A stretch of DNA of 24,677 bases, taken from positions 1 to 24,677 of the forward strand of contig JBFGLM010000061.1 of NCBI GenBank assembly GCA_041576165.1, written 5' to 3'. The position numbers and the translations under genes are program-made. This DNA is from Acidimicrobiia bacterium (lineage in GTDB: Bacteria; Actinomycetota; Acidimicrobiia; Spongiisociales; Spongiisociaceae). Shown here in pieces: positions 9,624-19,374 of this stretch; positions within the stretch are counted from its first letter, which is position 1; each line of letters starts with the position of its first letter. The notes under the pieces were generated by a model. The model made no database searches. It was not told the origin of the DNA and saw only the letters and a list, made by a program, of their open reading frames with translations.

Positions 9624-11075
9624 TCACAACGCGCGGGGTGTCTGCTTGGCGCGGTCCCAGCGCTCATTCAGTTCTTCGATCGTCAGCCCTTCGAGCTCTC
9701 CCTCGCTCTCCATCCGCCGGAACCGGTCCATGAACTTCCCGGTCGCCCGCCGCAAGGCCACGTCGGGTTCGACGCCCATCAGCCGTGCGGCGTTGACAAC
9801 CGAGAAGAGCAGATCGCCGATCTCCTCGGGCGCTTGCGCAGAACCGAGGGCCTGTCGCAGTTCCGACAGCTCCTCGGACACCTTGTCCAGTACCGCGGTT
9901 ACATCCGGCCAATCGAAACCAACCCGGGCCGCCCGGTTCTGCACCTTTACCGCCCGTGCCAGCGACGCCATTCCCGCCGGGATGCCGCCCATCAGCGACG
10001 TCCCCGCCGACTTCTCCTCAGCTTTGATCGCCTGCCAGTTCTGTACCACTTCGGCTGCTCCTGCCACTTCGACATCTCCGAAAACGTGGGGATGGCGACG
10101 GACCAGCTTGCGGCGGAGCTGCTCGGCAACGTCTTCCATGTCGAATGCACCCACTTCTGCCGCAAGGTTGGCGTGGAAGATCACCTGCAGTAGGAGGTCC
10201 CCCAGCTCATCTTCGACATCCGCGTACGCCCCGTAGTCCGCGGGTTGCGCAGCAGGCGCACCAGGGGGCAGTGCCGCCAACGCCTCCACCAGCTCGGAAA
10301 CCTCCTCCAGCACGAACGGCACCAGCGAGTCGTGGGTTTGCTCACGGTCCCATGGGCATTCCCGGCGGAGGCGCCGCATCGCTGCCAGCGCCCCCAGGTA
10401 TCCGACGGGGGTGGCCTCGAGGAACAGAGAGGTGCGGAACCCCGCCATGGCCGGATCGAGATCCTGCAGCGGCACCGTGTTGATGGACGCTGTCTGCGTG
10501 CCGAGGTCCCGAACAACAATGACCGGTGTCTCATCGGGAATCACCCGCGCCAGCCGGCCGGCGACGTCGGCCAGAATCACCGGAAGATCGATGTGGAAGA
10601 TCACGGTCGGTACGTGCAGCGGCAGCGGATTGGGGAGGTCCCGCCCGTCGAGCAGCTGAAATCCGGACTCGGCCGGGTCACGCTCGAGCGCCAGCCACAG
10701 CTCGTCGAGGAACGAAGGGGCGTGGGTGATCGACACAGGAATCCGGTCCCGCCGGGCCTTCTGCCGGACGAGCCCGACCGAGCGTTCGGCCACCAGGGGG
10801 CTGCCGGGCACCGCGTAGGCCACGAGGCGGGTGGTGGCTGCGGCGACGACTCGATCGGCGATGGCCTCGTAGACGTCGTCGAAGGTGGCCGCGTCATCGT
10901 ACAGGTCATCACACCCGACGATCTCCCGCCGGGCGGCGAGTTCTGCGGCGGCGGGATGCGCCAGCGTGCGAACGATCACCTCGACTGCAGGATCGGTGAG
11001 CAACGTCTGTGTGTCGGTGGGGGTCCGCGCGAGATCGCCGGGGCCGAGCCCGACAATCGTGATGGACCCCGGCAT
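9624..11075 (-). CDS. mazG: YabN-type bifunctional protein: tetrapyrrole-methylase-like N-terminus plus tandem MazG NTP pyrophosphohydrolase domains, 483 aa
   Basis: ITIVGLGPGD, YAVPGSPLVAERSV, CPWDREQTHDSL, ELGDLLLQVIFH, KLVRRHPHVFG, GFDW, EEIGDLLFS. The ATG at 11075 overlaps the upstream TGA (TGATG). Confidence 0.93.
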   Translation of the reverse strand: MPGSITIVGLGPGDLARTPTDTQTLLTDPAVEVIVRTLAHPAAAELAARREIVGCDDLYDDAATFDDVYEAIADRVVAAATTRLVAYAVPGSPLVAERSVGLVRQKARRDRIPVSITHAPSFLDELWLALERDPAESGFQLLDGRDLPNPLPLHVPTVIFHIDLPVILADVAGRLARVIPDETPVIVVRDLGTQTASINTVPLQDLDPAMAGFRTSLFLEATPVGYLGALAAMRRLRRECPWDREQTHDSLVPFVLEEVSELVEALAALPPGAPAAQPADYGAYADVEDELGDLLLQVIFHANLAAEVGAFDMEDVAEQLRRKLVRRHPHVFGDVEVAGAAEVVQNWQAIKAEEKSAGTSLMGGIPAGMASLARAVKVQNRAARVGFDWPDVTAVLDKVSEELSELRQALGSAQAPEEIGDLLFSVVNAARLMGVEPDVALRRATGKFMDRFRRMESEGELEGLTIEELNERWDRAKQTPRAL

Positions 11076-11983
11076 CAGTTGTCCGGCGGCAAGATTTGGG
11101 GCAGAGGCTCGGTCACCCAAGTTCCGTACTGCTCGTCGATCTCGACGTCGGCGGCGGTCAAGACCTCGATGCGCCAGGCGTCCAGCAGTTCCGACTCACG
11201 CCGTTGGTCGATCGACGTGATCAGAGCGTCGCGGGTTGGCTCCGTTCGCTCGGTGACCAGGATGACGTGGAAGCCGAAGTCGCTCTCCACCGGACCGGAT
11301 GGCATGCCGATCTCGGCGTCCATAGTCGCATTGGCAAAGCTGGGCACGTAATTGGCGGGCGACGCGCAGCCCAGATCGCCGCCGTTCGGCCCAGACGGCC
11401 CGGTAGACAGCTCTTGAGCGAGAGCGGCAAAATCTTCACCGGCCAGTGCCCGGTCGAGCGCGGCTTGAGCGTCGGCCTCGTTCTCCAGCAGGATGTGGCT
11501 GGCGCACACGTTGGACAGCTGTAGGCTCTGCGTCTCGCGTTCGAGGTCGATCTCGGCGTCGGTGGGCGGTCCGGCGTCGACCACGAGGGCTTCAACGATC
11601 TTGCCCACCAGGAGACGCTGCGCCACGATCAAATCCAACCGAGTCTCCGTGGCATCGTTGGCCTCGAGTACCTCCTCGAGGGTCTGACCCTGCGCGGTGA
11701 TGCCGGCGATGAAGGCCTCGCGCTCGGTGGTGAACTCCTCCTCACCTACTGTGATCGAGAAATCCTCTTCCGCCCGGGTCCGGAAGACCTCGTCCGCCAC
11801 CAGATTGAACAGCAACACCGCGAAGGTCTCGCTGGTGACCGAGTCTGGGTCGCCATGGACCAGATCTGCAACATCCGCGGCTGTGATCCTTTGCCCATCA
11901 ACGGTGGCAGCCACCCCCGCCGAGCCGCCGCATGCAGCAGCCACCACCGCCAACAACGAGATAACGATGAACAAACGACGCAC
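11075..11983 (-). CDS. Parvulin-type peptidyl-prolyl isomerase lipoprotein (PrsA/SurA-like foldase), 302 aa
   Basis: Signal peptide with lipobox (MRRLFIVISLLAVVAAA-C), AATVDGQRIT, CASHILL, DFAALAQELSTGPSGPNGGDLG, SDFGFHVI. Start reassigned to the GTG at 11983. Confidence 0.88.
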   Translation of the reverse strand: MRRLFIVISLLAVVAAACGGSAGVAATVDGQRITAADVADLVHGDPDSVTSETFAVLLFNLVADEVFRTRAEEDFSITVGEEEFTTEREAFIAGITAQGQTLEEVLEANDATETRLDLIVAQRLLVGKIVEALVVDAGPPTDAEIDLERETQSLQLSNVCASHILLENEADAQAALDRALAGEDFAALAQELSTGPSGPNGGDLGCASPANYVPSFANATMDAEIGMPSGPVESDFGFHVILVTERTEPTRDALITSIDQRRESELLDAWRIEVLTAADVEIDEQYGTWVTEPLPQILPPDN

Positions 11984-12047
11984 GAGGTACCTCAAGAATG
12001 GAATCGGAGCGATGGTAGCCGGGTTGGCGATCTTCCAACCCGCCGGG

Positions 12048-15000
12048 TCACCGCCCGGCGGGTCCGCCCGTTGCGGCCTGGTCGGGCCACATCGTTCGCA
12101 GGAACTCCAGCGTGAAGGCGACCGGCTCGGCGCCGCCGGGAACGGGGACAAACAGCGCTCCCTCAGCCGCCTTCAGCGTTGCCCGCGGGGCCAGCCGCTC
12201 GAGACGGACCTGCTGGGACTGAGTCAGGTTCACCGGCGCCAACCGGATCTCGTTGCGCAACTTCACGACCTCAGAAAGCCCGATTCGGAGGGCCTCCACC
12301 CGGACCCGCGCAGTGGTGAGCAGGGCATCGGCCTCGGGCGGGTGGTCGCCATAGCGGTCGTCCCACTCGGCGGCGACATCATCGACCTGTTCGTGGGTCT
12401 CCGCGAGAGCCAGCCTGCGGTACGCCTCTAGCCGGGCCGCCTGATCGGTCACATAGGCGTCCGGCAGGTGGGCGTCGATCGGCAGGTCTATGCGGACCTC
12501 CCGGATCTGCCTGGTTTCCAGCTCGGCGCCGCTCAACTCGGCGACCGCCTCAGAGACGAGCTCCACGTACAGATCAAAGCCGACCGCCGAGATGTGTCCA
12601 GTCTGCATCTCACCCAGCACCGAACCGGCCCCCCGGATCTCCAGGTCGCGCATGGCCAGCTGAAAACCCGAGCCCAGCTCGGTGAATTCACCAATCGCTT
12701 CGAGCCGCCGGTAGGCGTCCTCCGTGAGAGTCTCCTCTTCCGGGTGGAACAGGTACGCGTAGGCCCGCTGCGACCCACGGCCGACCCGCCCGCGCAGCTG
12801 ATACAGCTGGGCGAGACCGAGCAGGTCGGCGCGCTCCACGATGAGCGTGTTCACCTGCGGGAGGTCCAGCCCCGACTCGATGATCGTGGTCGCTACCAGC
12901 ACGTCGTAGTCGCGATTCCAGAAGTCGAGCATGATCTGCTCTAGCCGGCCCTCACTCATCCGTCCGTGCGCCACGGCATAACGGGCGTCGGGCACGAGTT
13001 CTTGCAGCTGGGCCACCGCGCGGTCGATGGACTGGATCCGATTGTGGACGTAGAAGATCTGGCCTTCGCGCAGCATCTCGCGCCGAATGGCGGCCGACAC
13101 CGCCGCCGCGTCATAGGGACCCACATAGGTCAGAATCGGGTGTCGGTCTTCGGGCGGCGTGCGGATGTGGCTGACATCGCGGATACCGGTGAGAGCCATT
13201 TCGAGGGTGCGCGGGATGGGCGTCGCGGTGAGGGTGAGAACATCGACCCCCACCTTGAGCTGTTTGATCCGGTCCTTGGCCTTGACTCCGAACCGTTGCT
13301 CCTCATCAACCACCAGCAGCCCGAGGTTCCGGAATACCACATCCTCTGAGAGCAGCCGGTGCGTGCCGATGACCACATCGACCTCACCCGTACGAAGACT
13401 GTCGATCACGCTTCGGGACTCTTTGGCCGTCAGGAAGCGGCTGAGCATCTCGACCCGTATCGGGTACGGATCAAACCGGTCCGAGAACGTCTGGAAGTGT
13501 TGCTGGGCCAGCAACGTGGTGGGGCACAATATCGCCACCTGGCTGCCTTCGGTGGCGGCCTTGAACGCAGCCCGCAAGGCCACCTCGGTCTTGCCGAACC
13601 CGACGTCCCCGAAAACCAGCCGGTCCATCGGTTTCTGGTCCTGCATGTCGGACTTGACGTCGCCGATCGCCGTCAATTGATCCGGTGTCTCTTCGAACGG
13701 AAATGCGGCTTCAACCTCTCGCTGCCACGGCGAATCCGGTCCGAAGGTCCGGCCTTCGGCCTGGGCGCGGGCCCGGTGGAGTGCCACGACCTGCTCCGCC
13801 ACGGCGGCGACCTCCTGGCGCACCCGGTTCTTGGTTTTCTGCCAGTCGCTACCGCCCATGCGGGACACCCGGGGTTGTTCGCCGCCGGTGTATTTCTTGA
13901 CGGCTGCCAGCTGGTCGGTTGGCACGTACAGCTTGTCCTGACCGGCGTAGGCCACGACCAGGTAATCCCGCTCGATTCCGGCCACGCTCCGAGTGACCAG
14001 CCCTTCGAACCGCCCGATGCCGTGGCGATAGTGCACGACATAGTCTCCCGGGGTCAGATCCTGATACCCGTCCCCGGTTTCGCGGCGCGGACGGCCCACC
14101 CGGCGGTGGGCGCGGCGCCGACCGGCAATCTCCCGTTCGCCCAACACCGCCAGCTGGAGGGCGGGCAGAACCACTCCTTGGTGGATGCCATCGGGCAGCA
14201 CCCCAGCCATATCCCGGCGAAAGTGGTCCACGACCGGCATCTCCAGGCCGTTCTCACCAAGGATGCGGGCGACCCGTTCGGCGGCGGCCATGCCGTCCAT
14301 CGCAACAACGACATCGAAGCCCCGAGCCCGCAACCGGGCCAGTCCGGCCGCCACCGACTCGGGATCCCCCGCGGTTGCGTCGAACGGCGCCACTTCTATG
14401 GCCAGCTCACCAGGCCGGCCGGCGATCGGTGGAGCTTCGATAGTGAGGGCGGGCGCCGGCGCCAGCTCTAGGAAAAGCGGCGGGTGGGCGCCGGCCGCCG
14501 GAGCTCGGTCGCCCCACGTACCGGCCAGTGCGGCGGCCAAATCAGTTTCCTCCTTGGAGAGATCGCGGGCTCGGTCCCGCGCCCGGGCCGGGTCCAGCAC
14601 TACAACGGTGCCGTCCGGCGGCACCTCGTCGAGAAAGGTCCGAGGGGCCACCAACCAGGGCATCCACGACTCCATCCCGGCAAAATGGACGCCCTCGGCG
14701 ATCCGATCCCAGGTCGCCGCTGCCCACGGCTCGGACGCCGCCAGGTGGTGGGCGGTGGCCCGCTCATCCTCGTCGGGACGAAACTCGCGGGCCGGGTACA
14801 CGGTGAGCCGGTCGGCTTTGTCAATCGAGCGCTGGGTCGCGATCGAGAAGACCCGGATGTCTTCGACCGTGTCGCCCCAGAAATCGAGACGCAGTGCGTC
14901 GTCAGCCTGAGCCGGGAAGACGTCGATGATCCCGCCCCGAACCGCGAACTCGCCCCGGCTCTCGACGCGGTCGGTCCTGCGATATCCGAGCCGGGCGAGG

Positions 15001-15431
15001 CGTTCGACCAACCGGTCGAACGGGACGTCCTCACCCTCGGTGATGACGATCGGCTCGGGCGACGAGCTGCTGATCCGCTGGATCACCGATCGCACCGAAC
15101 CGACAATCAGGGAGTTCCCGCCCTGGAGCCGGTGGCGGGCCAGGGATCGCTGGGCCATCGTCGTGTCGTTGGGGGAGACGTGCTCAAACGGCAAGGTCTC
15201 CCAGGCGGGAAGGAACACGACGTCGTCGGTGAACAGACGCAGATCATCGACCAGCTCTTCCGCCTCCCGCTCGCTGGGCGCTACCACCACCGTCGGGCCG
15301 GCCGCGTGCTTGGCGGCCACCCCGGCGACCACCAGGGCGCGAGCGGGGGGCGGGACGATGACACGTCCCGGGGCAACTGGAAGCTGATCCGGCTGCCAGC
15401 GCTCTACCAGGTCGTTGAGCGGCGCGATCAC
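12048..15431 (-). CDS. mfd: Transcription-repair coupling factor Mfd, 1127 aa
   Basis: UvrB-like GEFAVRGGIIDVFP, RID domain GDYVVHYRHGIGRF, PFEETPDQ, GDVGFGKT, DEEQRFG, TATPIPRT, QLRGRVGR, DLEIRGAG, TRCF C-terminus. Confidence 0.99.
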   Translation of the reverse strand: MIAPLNDLVERWQPDQLPVAPGRVIVPPPARALVVAGVAAKHAAGPTVVVAPSEREAEELVDDLRLFTDDVVFLPAWETLPFEHVSPNDTTMAQRSLARHRLQGGNSLIVGSVRSVIQRISSSSPEPIVITEGEDVPFDRLVERLARLGYRRTDRVESRGEFAVRGGIIDVFPAQADDALRLDFWGDTVEDIRVFSIATQRSIDKADRLTVYPAREFRPDEDERATAHHLAASEPWAAATWDRIAEGVHFAGMESWMPWLVAPRTFLDEVPPDGTVVVLDPARARDRARDLSKEETDLAAALAGTWGDRAPAAGAHPPLFLELAPAPALTIEAPPIAGRPGELAIEVAPFDATAGDPESVAAGLARLRARGFDVVVAMDGMAAAERVARILGENGLEMPVVDHFRRDMAGVLPDGIHQGVVLPALQLAVLGEREIAGRRRAHRRVGRPRRETGDGYQDLTPGDYVVHYRHGIGRFEGLVTRSVAGIERDYLVVAYAGQDKLYVPTDQLAAVKKYTGGEQPRVSRMGGSDWQKTKNRVRQEVAAVAEQVVALHRARAQAEGRTFGPDSPWQREVEAAFPFEETPDQLTAIGDVKSDMQDQKPMDRLVFGDVGFGKTEVALRAAFKAATEGSQVAILCPTTLLAQQHFQTFSDRFDPYPIRVEMLSRFLTAKESRSVIDSLRTGEVDVVIGTHRLLSEDVVFRNLGLLVVDEEQRFGVKAKDRIKQLKVGVDVLTLTATPIPRTLEMALTGIRDVSHIRTPPEDRHPILTYVGPYDAAAVSAAIRREMLREGQIFYVHNRIQSIDRAVAQLQELVPDARYAVAHGRMSEGRLEQIMLDFWNRDYDVLVATTIIESGLDLPQVNTLIVERADLLGLAQLYQLRGRVGRGSQRAYAYLFHPEEETLTEDAYRRLEAIGEFTELGSGFQLAMRDLEIRGAGSVLGEMQTGHISAVGFDLYVELVSEAVAELSGAELETRQIREVRIDLPIDAHLPDAYVTDQAARLEAYRRLALAETHEQVDDVAAEWDDRYGDHPPEADALLTTARVRVEALRIGLSEVVKLRNEIRLAPVNLTQSQQVRLERLAPRATLKAAEGALFVPVPGGAEPVAFTLEFLRTMWPDQAATGGPAGR

Positions 15432-15488
15432 GGACCGGGGATGCTACCCCGAGCGGACGGACTGCCCGGCCCGGCCCGGGTGCGGTCA

Positions 15489-16469
15489 CTACGCGCTGGT
15501 CATACCCTCAGCCCGGAACCATTCGATGGTTCGCCGTAAGGTCGTTTCGAGCGGGGTGTAGACCAGGCCCAGCTCGCGGGTGGCCTTGGAGCCGTCGTAG
15601 ACATGCCCGTGAAGCAAGGCTCGGATCATCTCACCGCAGAACGGCACGCGCCCCATCCGCCTGAGCCCGTCCAGTACCGGTATGGCCGCCCTGGCCACGG
15701 CTCTCGGCAGGAACCGAATCGACAATTCTGAGCCGAGGACATGCTCCAGCAAGGCGACGGCCTCCCGGAGTGAGAGGCTGATGCCGTTCAAGACGTATCG
15801 CTCCCCCGGGACACCCTTGGATTCGGCCAGTAGATGTCCGCGAGCGCAGTCGTCGATGTCGACGATGGACAGATTGGTATCTACCAGCACGCGCAGCCTG
15901 CCCTTGACCACATCGAGGATCAGGCGCCCGGTTCCTGAGGCCCGGCCCGGACCCTGCACCGAAGACGGGTTCACCACGACCAGCTCGATGCCGCCGGCAG
16001 CCGCAAACGCCGCATCCTCGGCTTCGTGTTTCGACCGCTCGTAGTGCGACAGATATGTACCGCGGTGGCGCGAGTTCTCCGCCCCCAGCGTCCCCTGCGA
16101 TTCGCCGAGCACTATTGCCGATGAGGTGTAGACGACTCGCCGCACGCCCGTCGCGGCCGCAGCCTTGATGACGTTCTGGGTGCCTTCAACATTCGCCCGG
16201 TACATCGGCGAGGGGTCACGGAGGCAGAACTGGTTGACCCCGGCGACGTGATACACCACGTCCGCCCCGGCAAACGCGTCGACGAGGCTGTTGTAGTCGA
16301 GGATATCGCCGGACCGAGCGGGGACACCCAGCTCAGCCAGAATGGCAGCTGCTTCGTCCGTGCGGGCCAGTCCAGCGACGCTCCGTCCGGCGGCCAGCAG
16401 GTGCCGCGCAATGGCGGAACCCAGAACTCCCGAGCCGCCGGTGATCACAACCGGTGCGGGTTCAAGCAT
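15489..16469 (-). CDS. NAD-dependent epimerase/dehydratase (extended SDR; HpnA/dihydroflavonol-reductase-like), 326 aa
   Basis: ITGGSGVLG, VYHVAG, ANVEGT, VYTSS, YERSK (YxxxK), VVNPSSVQGPG, VDIDDCARGH. Overlaps the pgsA stop. Confidence 0.88.
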   Translation of the reverse strand: MLEPAPVVITGGSGVLGSAIARHLLAAGRSVAGLARTDEAAAILAELGVPARSGDILDYNSLVDAFAGADVVYHVAGVNQFCLRDPSPMYRANVEGTQNVIKAAAATGVRRVVYTSSAIVLGESQGTLGAENSRHRGTYLSHYERSKHEAEDAAFAAAGGIELVVVNPSSVQGPGRASGTGRLILDVVKGRLRVLVDTNLSIVDIDDCARGHLLAESKGVPGERYVLNGISLSLREAVALLEHVLGSELSIRFLPRAVARAAIPVLDGLRRMGRVPFCGEMIRALLHGHVYDGSKATRELGLVYTPLETTLRRTIEWFRAEGMTSA

Positions 16470-17013
16470 CGACAGCCTGAACCACCTGCCTGAATTTCAC
16501 GATGTAATCCCAGCCGGAGGCGATCGTCACGATTGCCGCGATGATCATTGCCCACTCGTCCAGGTACAGCGCGCCCCACGGTTCGTCGAGCCGCATCATC
16601 GCCAGGAACACTGCTACGAACTGCACGACCGCCTTTGCCTTGCCGGCGACGGAGGGGGCAACCGTCGTGCCTTCGATCGCGGTGATCCCCCGCAGGGCCA
16701 TCACGATGAATTCGCGGGCCATGATGATGAAAGTCACCCATATCGATGCCCGGCCCACGGCGATCAGGGCCAGCAGGGTGCCGGTGACGAGCAGCTTGTC
16801 GGCCGTGGTGTCGAGGAAGGCGCCAACGATCGTCGTGATACCCCATCGGCGGGCGAAGTAGCCGTCGAGGAAATCGGTGATGGCAGCGATCAGAAATAGC
16901 AGCGCCGCGATGCCGTACGCGTTCGATACGCCGCGACCGCCGGCCCACACGAACGCCATGATCACTGGGACCAGCGCGATTCGCACCGACGCAAGTAGGT
17001 CGGGCAGCGACAC
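16462..17013 (-). CDS. pgsA: CDP-diacylglycerol--glycerol-3-phosphate 3-phosphatidyltransferase (CDP-alcohol phosphotransferase), 183 aa
   Basis: LPDLLASVRIALVP, TDFLDGYFARRWGITTIVGAFLDTTADK (family signature), ARE, GKAKAVVQ. GTG start with GAGGAGGA SD. Confidence 0.88.
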   Translation of the reverse strand: MSLPDLLASVRIALVPVIMAFVWAGGRGVSNAYGIAALLFLIAAITDFLDGYFARRWGITTIVGAFLDTTADKLLVTGTLLALIAVGRASIWVTFIIMAREFIVMALRGITAIEGTTVAPSVAGKAKAVVQFVAVFLAMMRLDEPWGALYLDEWAMIIAAIVTIASGWDYIVKFRQVVQAVDA

Positions 17014-17080
17014 GAGTCCTCCTCGACAGTCTGACCCAGCCAGGATACCGGTCTGAGGGCCAGCGCTATCCTCCCGATCC
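17014..17080. promoter_or_regulatory. Divergent promoter region with opposed TATCCT -10-like hexamers
   Basis: AGGATA at 17042-17047 (TATCCT on minus, toward pgsA) and TATCCT at 17067-17072 (toward glpD, 8 nt before its ATG, no SD). Confidence 0.55.
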
Positions 17081-18736
17081 ATGACCGCCGTCCTCCCGCC
17101 GGGCCAATGGACCAGAGCCGCGTCGCTGCGCGACCTCGCGGCCGGGGAGACGTTCGATCTCGTGGTGGTCGGCGGCGGTGTCATCGGCTCGGCTGTTGCA
17201 CTCGACGCAGCGGCCCGCGGTCTTCGGGTCGCTCTGGTCGAGCAGAAGGACTTTGCGGCCGAGACGTCGAGCCGCTCCACCAAGTTGCTCCACGGCGGCA
17301 TCCGCTACCTGCCGCACTTTCAGTTCGGCCTCGTCCGGGAAGGCCTGCTGGAACAGAAGATCTTGGTCCGCACCGCCGATTTTCTGTACCAGCCGCTTGA
17401 TTTCATCATCCCGCTGTACCGCGATCGCGGCCTGGCCGACCTGCCCGGCTGGGCCTCATTCCCGGCTTTGTTGCCCACCGCGTTGCGGGCGGGCCTGTGG
17501 ATCTACGACGCGCTCGGCAACCGTCCCGGCCCGTCCTCGAAACGCATCGACGATCGGGAGCTGCTGGAGCGAGTCCCCCGGCTCCGCACCGAGGGCGTGC
17601 GCGGCGGTTTTGTCTATCGCGATGCCCAAACCGACGACGCTCGCCTCACGCTCACCGTGCTCAAAACTGCAGTCGTGCGCCACGGCGCGGTCGCCGTCAA
17701 TGGCGTCCGGGCGACCCGGATCCGACGTACCGGCGCTGGCTATGTCGTGAAGATGGAGGATCGCCGCGACGACGCAGAATTCGACGTGGTCGCCCGGGCG
17801 GTCCTGTCGGCAACCTGGGCCTTCGCTCCCCCACCCCTCGACGATGCCGGCCCGGCCGTACCCGTGACACTCTCCAAGGGGGTCCATCTCCTGTTCGATC
17901 CCGACGCTCTGGGGCTGGGAGACGAAGCGCTGGTACTGCCCGAAACCGACGATGGTCGTGTCTTGTTCATCGTGCCCTGGCGTGGCAACGCGCTGTACGG
18001 GACCACAGATACACCCTATGCGGGCTCTCCGGGAGGCGCCCGCGCCGAAGCCGAAGACATCGACTATCTCATGCGGCACCTGCGCATGTACCTGGATGTC
18101 GGTGATATCACCCACCGGGCCAGCTTCGCCGGGGTCAGAGCCCTTGTATCCGAGGGTGAAACCGACACCGGGCGGGCATCGCGGGCCCATGAGATCGTCG
18201 CCATCGCCCCCGGCTACTACCAGGTGGTCGGTGGCAAGCTCACGGCCTACCGGCCTATCGCCGCCGACGCCGCCGACGCGGTCGCCGGCCATCTCGGCGT
18301 CGACGGGAAGTCAACCACTAGTCGGGAGCTGCTGATCGGCGCCGGGGTTGGGGCCGGCGCGGCCGAGAACCTTCGGCCCCGGATCGAAGCCCTTGAGCTG
18401 CCGGCCTCGTACGCCGATCATCTCGTTGGCCGGTACGGGACCGAAGCGGTGGTGATCATGGAGATGCTCGATACCAATCCCGACGCCCGGACCCAGCTGG
18501 GAGACGGCTACGCCACTCGAGCCGAGGTCGAGTACTCGATTCTCCAGGAGTCGGCGGCTTCCATCGCCGACGTGGCGCTGCGCCGCACTCACCTGGCGTG
18601 GGCGACCAAGGACCATGGCCGCTCCGACGCCCCGATCATCTGCGACGCGCTGGCCGGCCGGTTCGGGTGGGACGAAGCCCGCCGCAGGGCAGAACTCGCC
18701 CGCTACGAGGCAGAAATCGAATCGGAGGGTTTGTGA
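17081..18736 (+). CDS. glpD: FAD-dependent glycerol-3-phosphate dehydrogenase/oxidase, 551 aa
   Basis: DLVVVGGGVIG, TSSRSTKLLHGGIRYL, DAQTDDARL, SKGVHL, DGRVLFIVPW, GTTDT, GGKLTAYR, LRRT. Close to glpK. Confidence 0.9.
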   Translation: MTAVLPPGQWTRAASLRDLAAGETFDLVVVGGGVIGSAVALDAAARGLRVALVEQKDFAAETSSRSTKLLHGGIRYLPHFQFGLVREGLLEQKILVRTADFLYQPLDFIIPLYRDRGLADLPGWASFPALLPTALRAGLWIYDALGNRPGPSSKRIDDRELLERVPRLRTEGVRGGFVYRDAQTDDARLTLTVLKTAVVRHGAVAVNGVRATRIRRTGAGYVVKMEDRRDDAEFDVVARAVLSATWAFAPPPLDDAGPAVPVTLSKGVHLLFDPDALGLGDEALVLPETDDGRVLFIVPWRGNALYGTTDTPYAGSPGGARAEAEDIDYLMRHLRMYLDVGDITHRASFAGVRALVSEGETDTGRASRAHEIVAIAPGYYQVVGGKLTAYRPIAADAADAVAGHLGVDGKSTTSRELLIGAGVGAGAAENLRPRIEALELPASYADHLVGRYGTEAVVIMEMLDTNPDARTQLGDGYATRAEVEYSILQESAASIADVALRRTHLAWATKDHGRSDAPIICDALAGRFGWDEARRRAELARYEAEIESEGL

Positions 18737-19374
18737 GTGAAATCGAACTCACCGACGTGGAAGCCCGGGTCCTGGGGGCGCTGGTTGAAAAGGAACTGAC
18801 CACTCCCGACTACTACCCGCTCACCCTCAACGCCCTCCGGGCCGCGTGCAACCAGTCGTCCAACCGTGACCCCGTGGTTTCCTACGACGAGGCCACCGTG
18901 AACGCAGGGATTGAAGGCTTGCGAGAGAAGCGCCTGGTGCGCTGGGTGAAAGAGGCCCGTTCCCGATCGTCGAAATACCGCCACGACCTGGAATCGGTGC
19001 CAGGCCTGTCGGTGCCGGAACGATCGGTGGTAGCCGTCCTGCTGTTACGCGGTGCACAAACTGCAGGAGAACTCCGGATCCGGACCGAGCGGTATCACGA
19101 GTTCCCCGGCCTCGAGTCGGTTGATCACGTCCTCGACCAGCTCGCTCGCCAGGACGAACCGATCACAGAGAAGCTCCCCCGGCGTCCCGGCCAAAAGGAG
19201 GCACGCTGGCGCCTGCTCTGGACCCTCAATTCGGGCGAAACCGGCGAGGTCGCCTCGCCCGTGGCTGCCACCCCCGAAAGCAGACACGTTCCCAACGAGC
19301 CATCGTTAGCGGAACAGGTTGCCCGCTTGGAAGCCCGGGTCGCCCGCCTCGAGCGGGAACTTGGACTCGACTGA
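18733..19374 (+). CDS. YceH / DUF480 family protein, 213 aa
   Basis: EARVLGALVEKELTTPDYYPLTLNALRAACNQSSNRDPV, LLLRGAQTAGELR.RTER, LPRRPGQKEARW, C-terminal coiled coil. GTGA overlap with the glpD stop. Confidence 0.92.
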   Translation: MSEIELTDVEARVLGALVEKELTTPDYYPLTLNALRAACNQSSNRDPVVSYDEATVNAGIEGLREKRLVRWVKEARSRSSKYRHDLESVPGLSVPERSVVAVLLLRGAQTAGELRIRTERYHEFPGLESVDHVLDQLARQDEPITEKLPRRPGQKEARWRLLWTLNSGETGEVASPVAATPESRHVPNEPSLAEQVARLEARVARLERELGLD

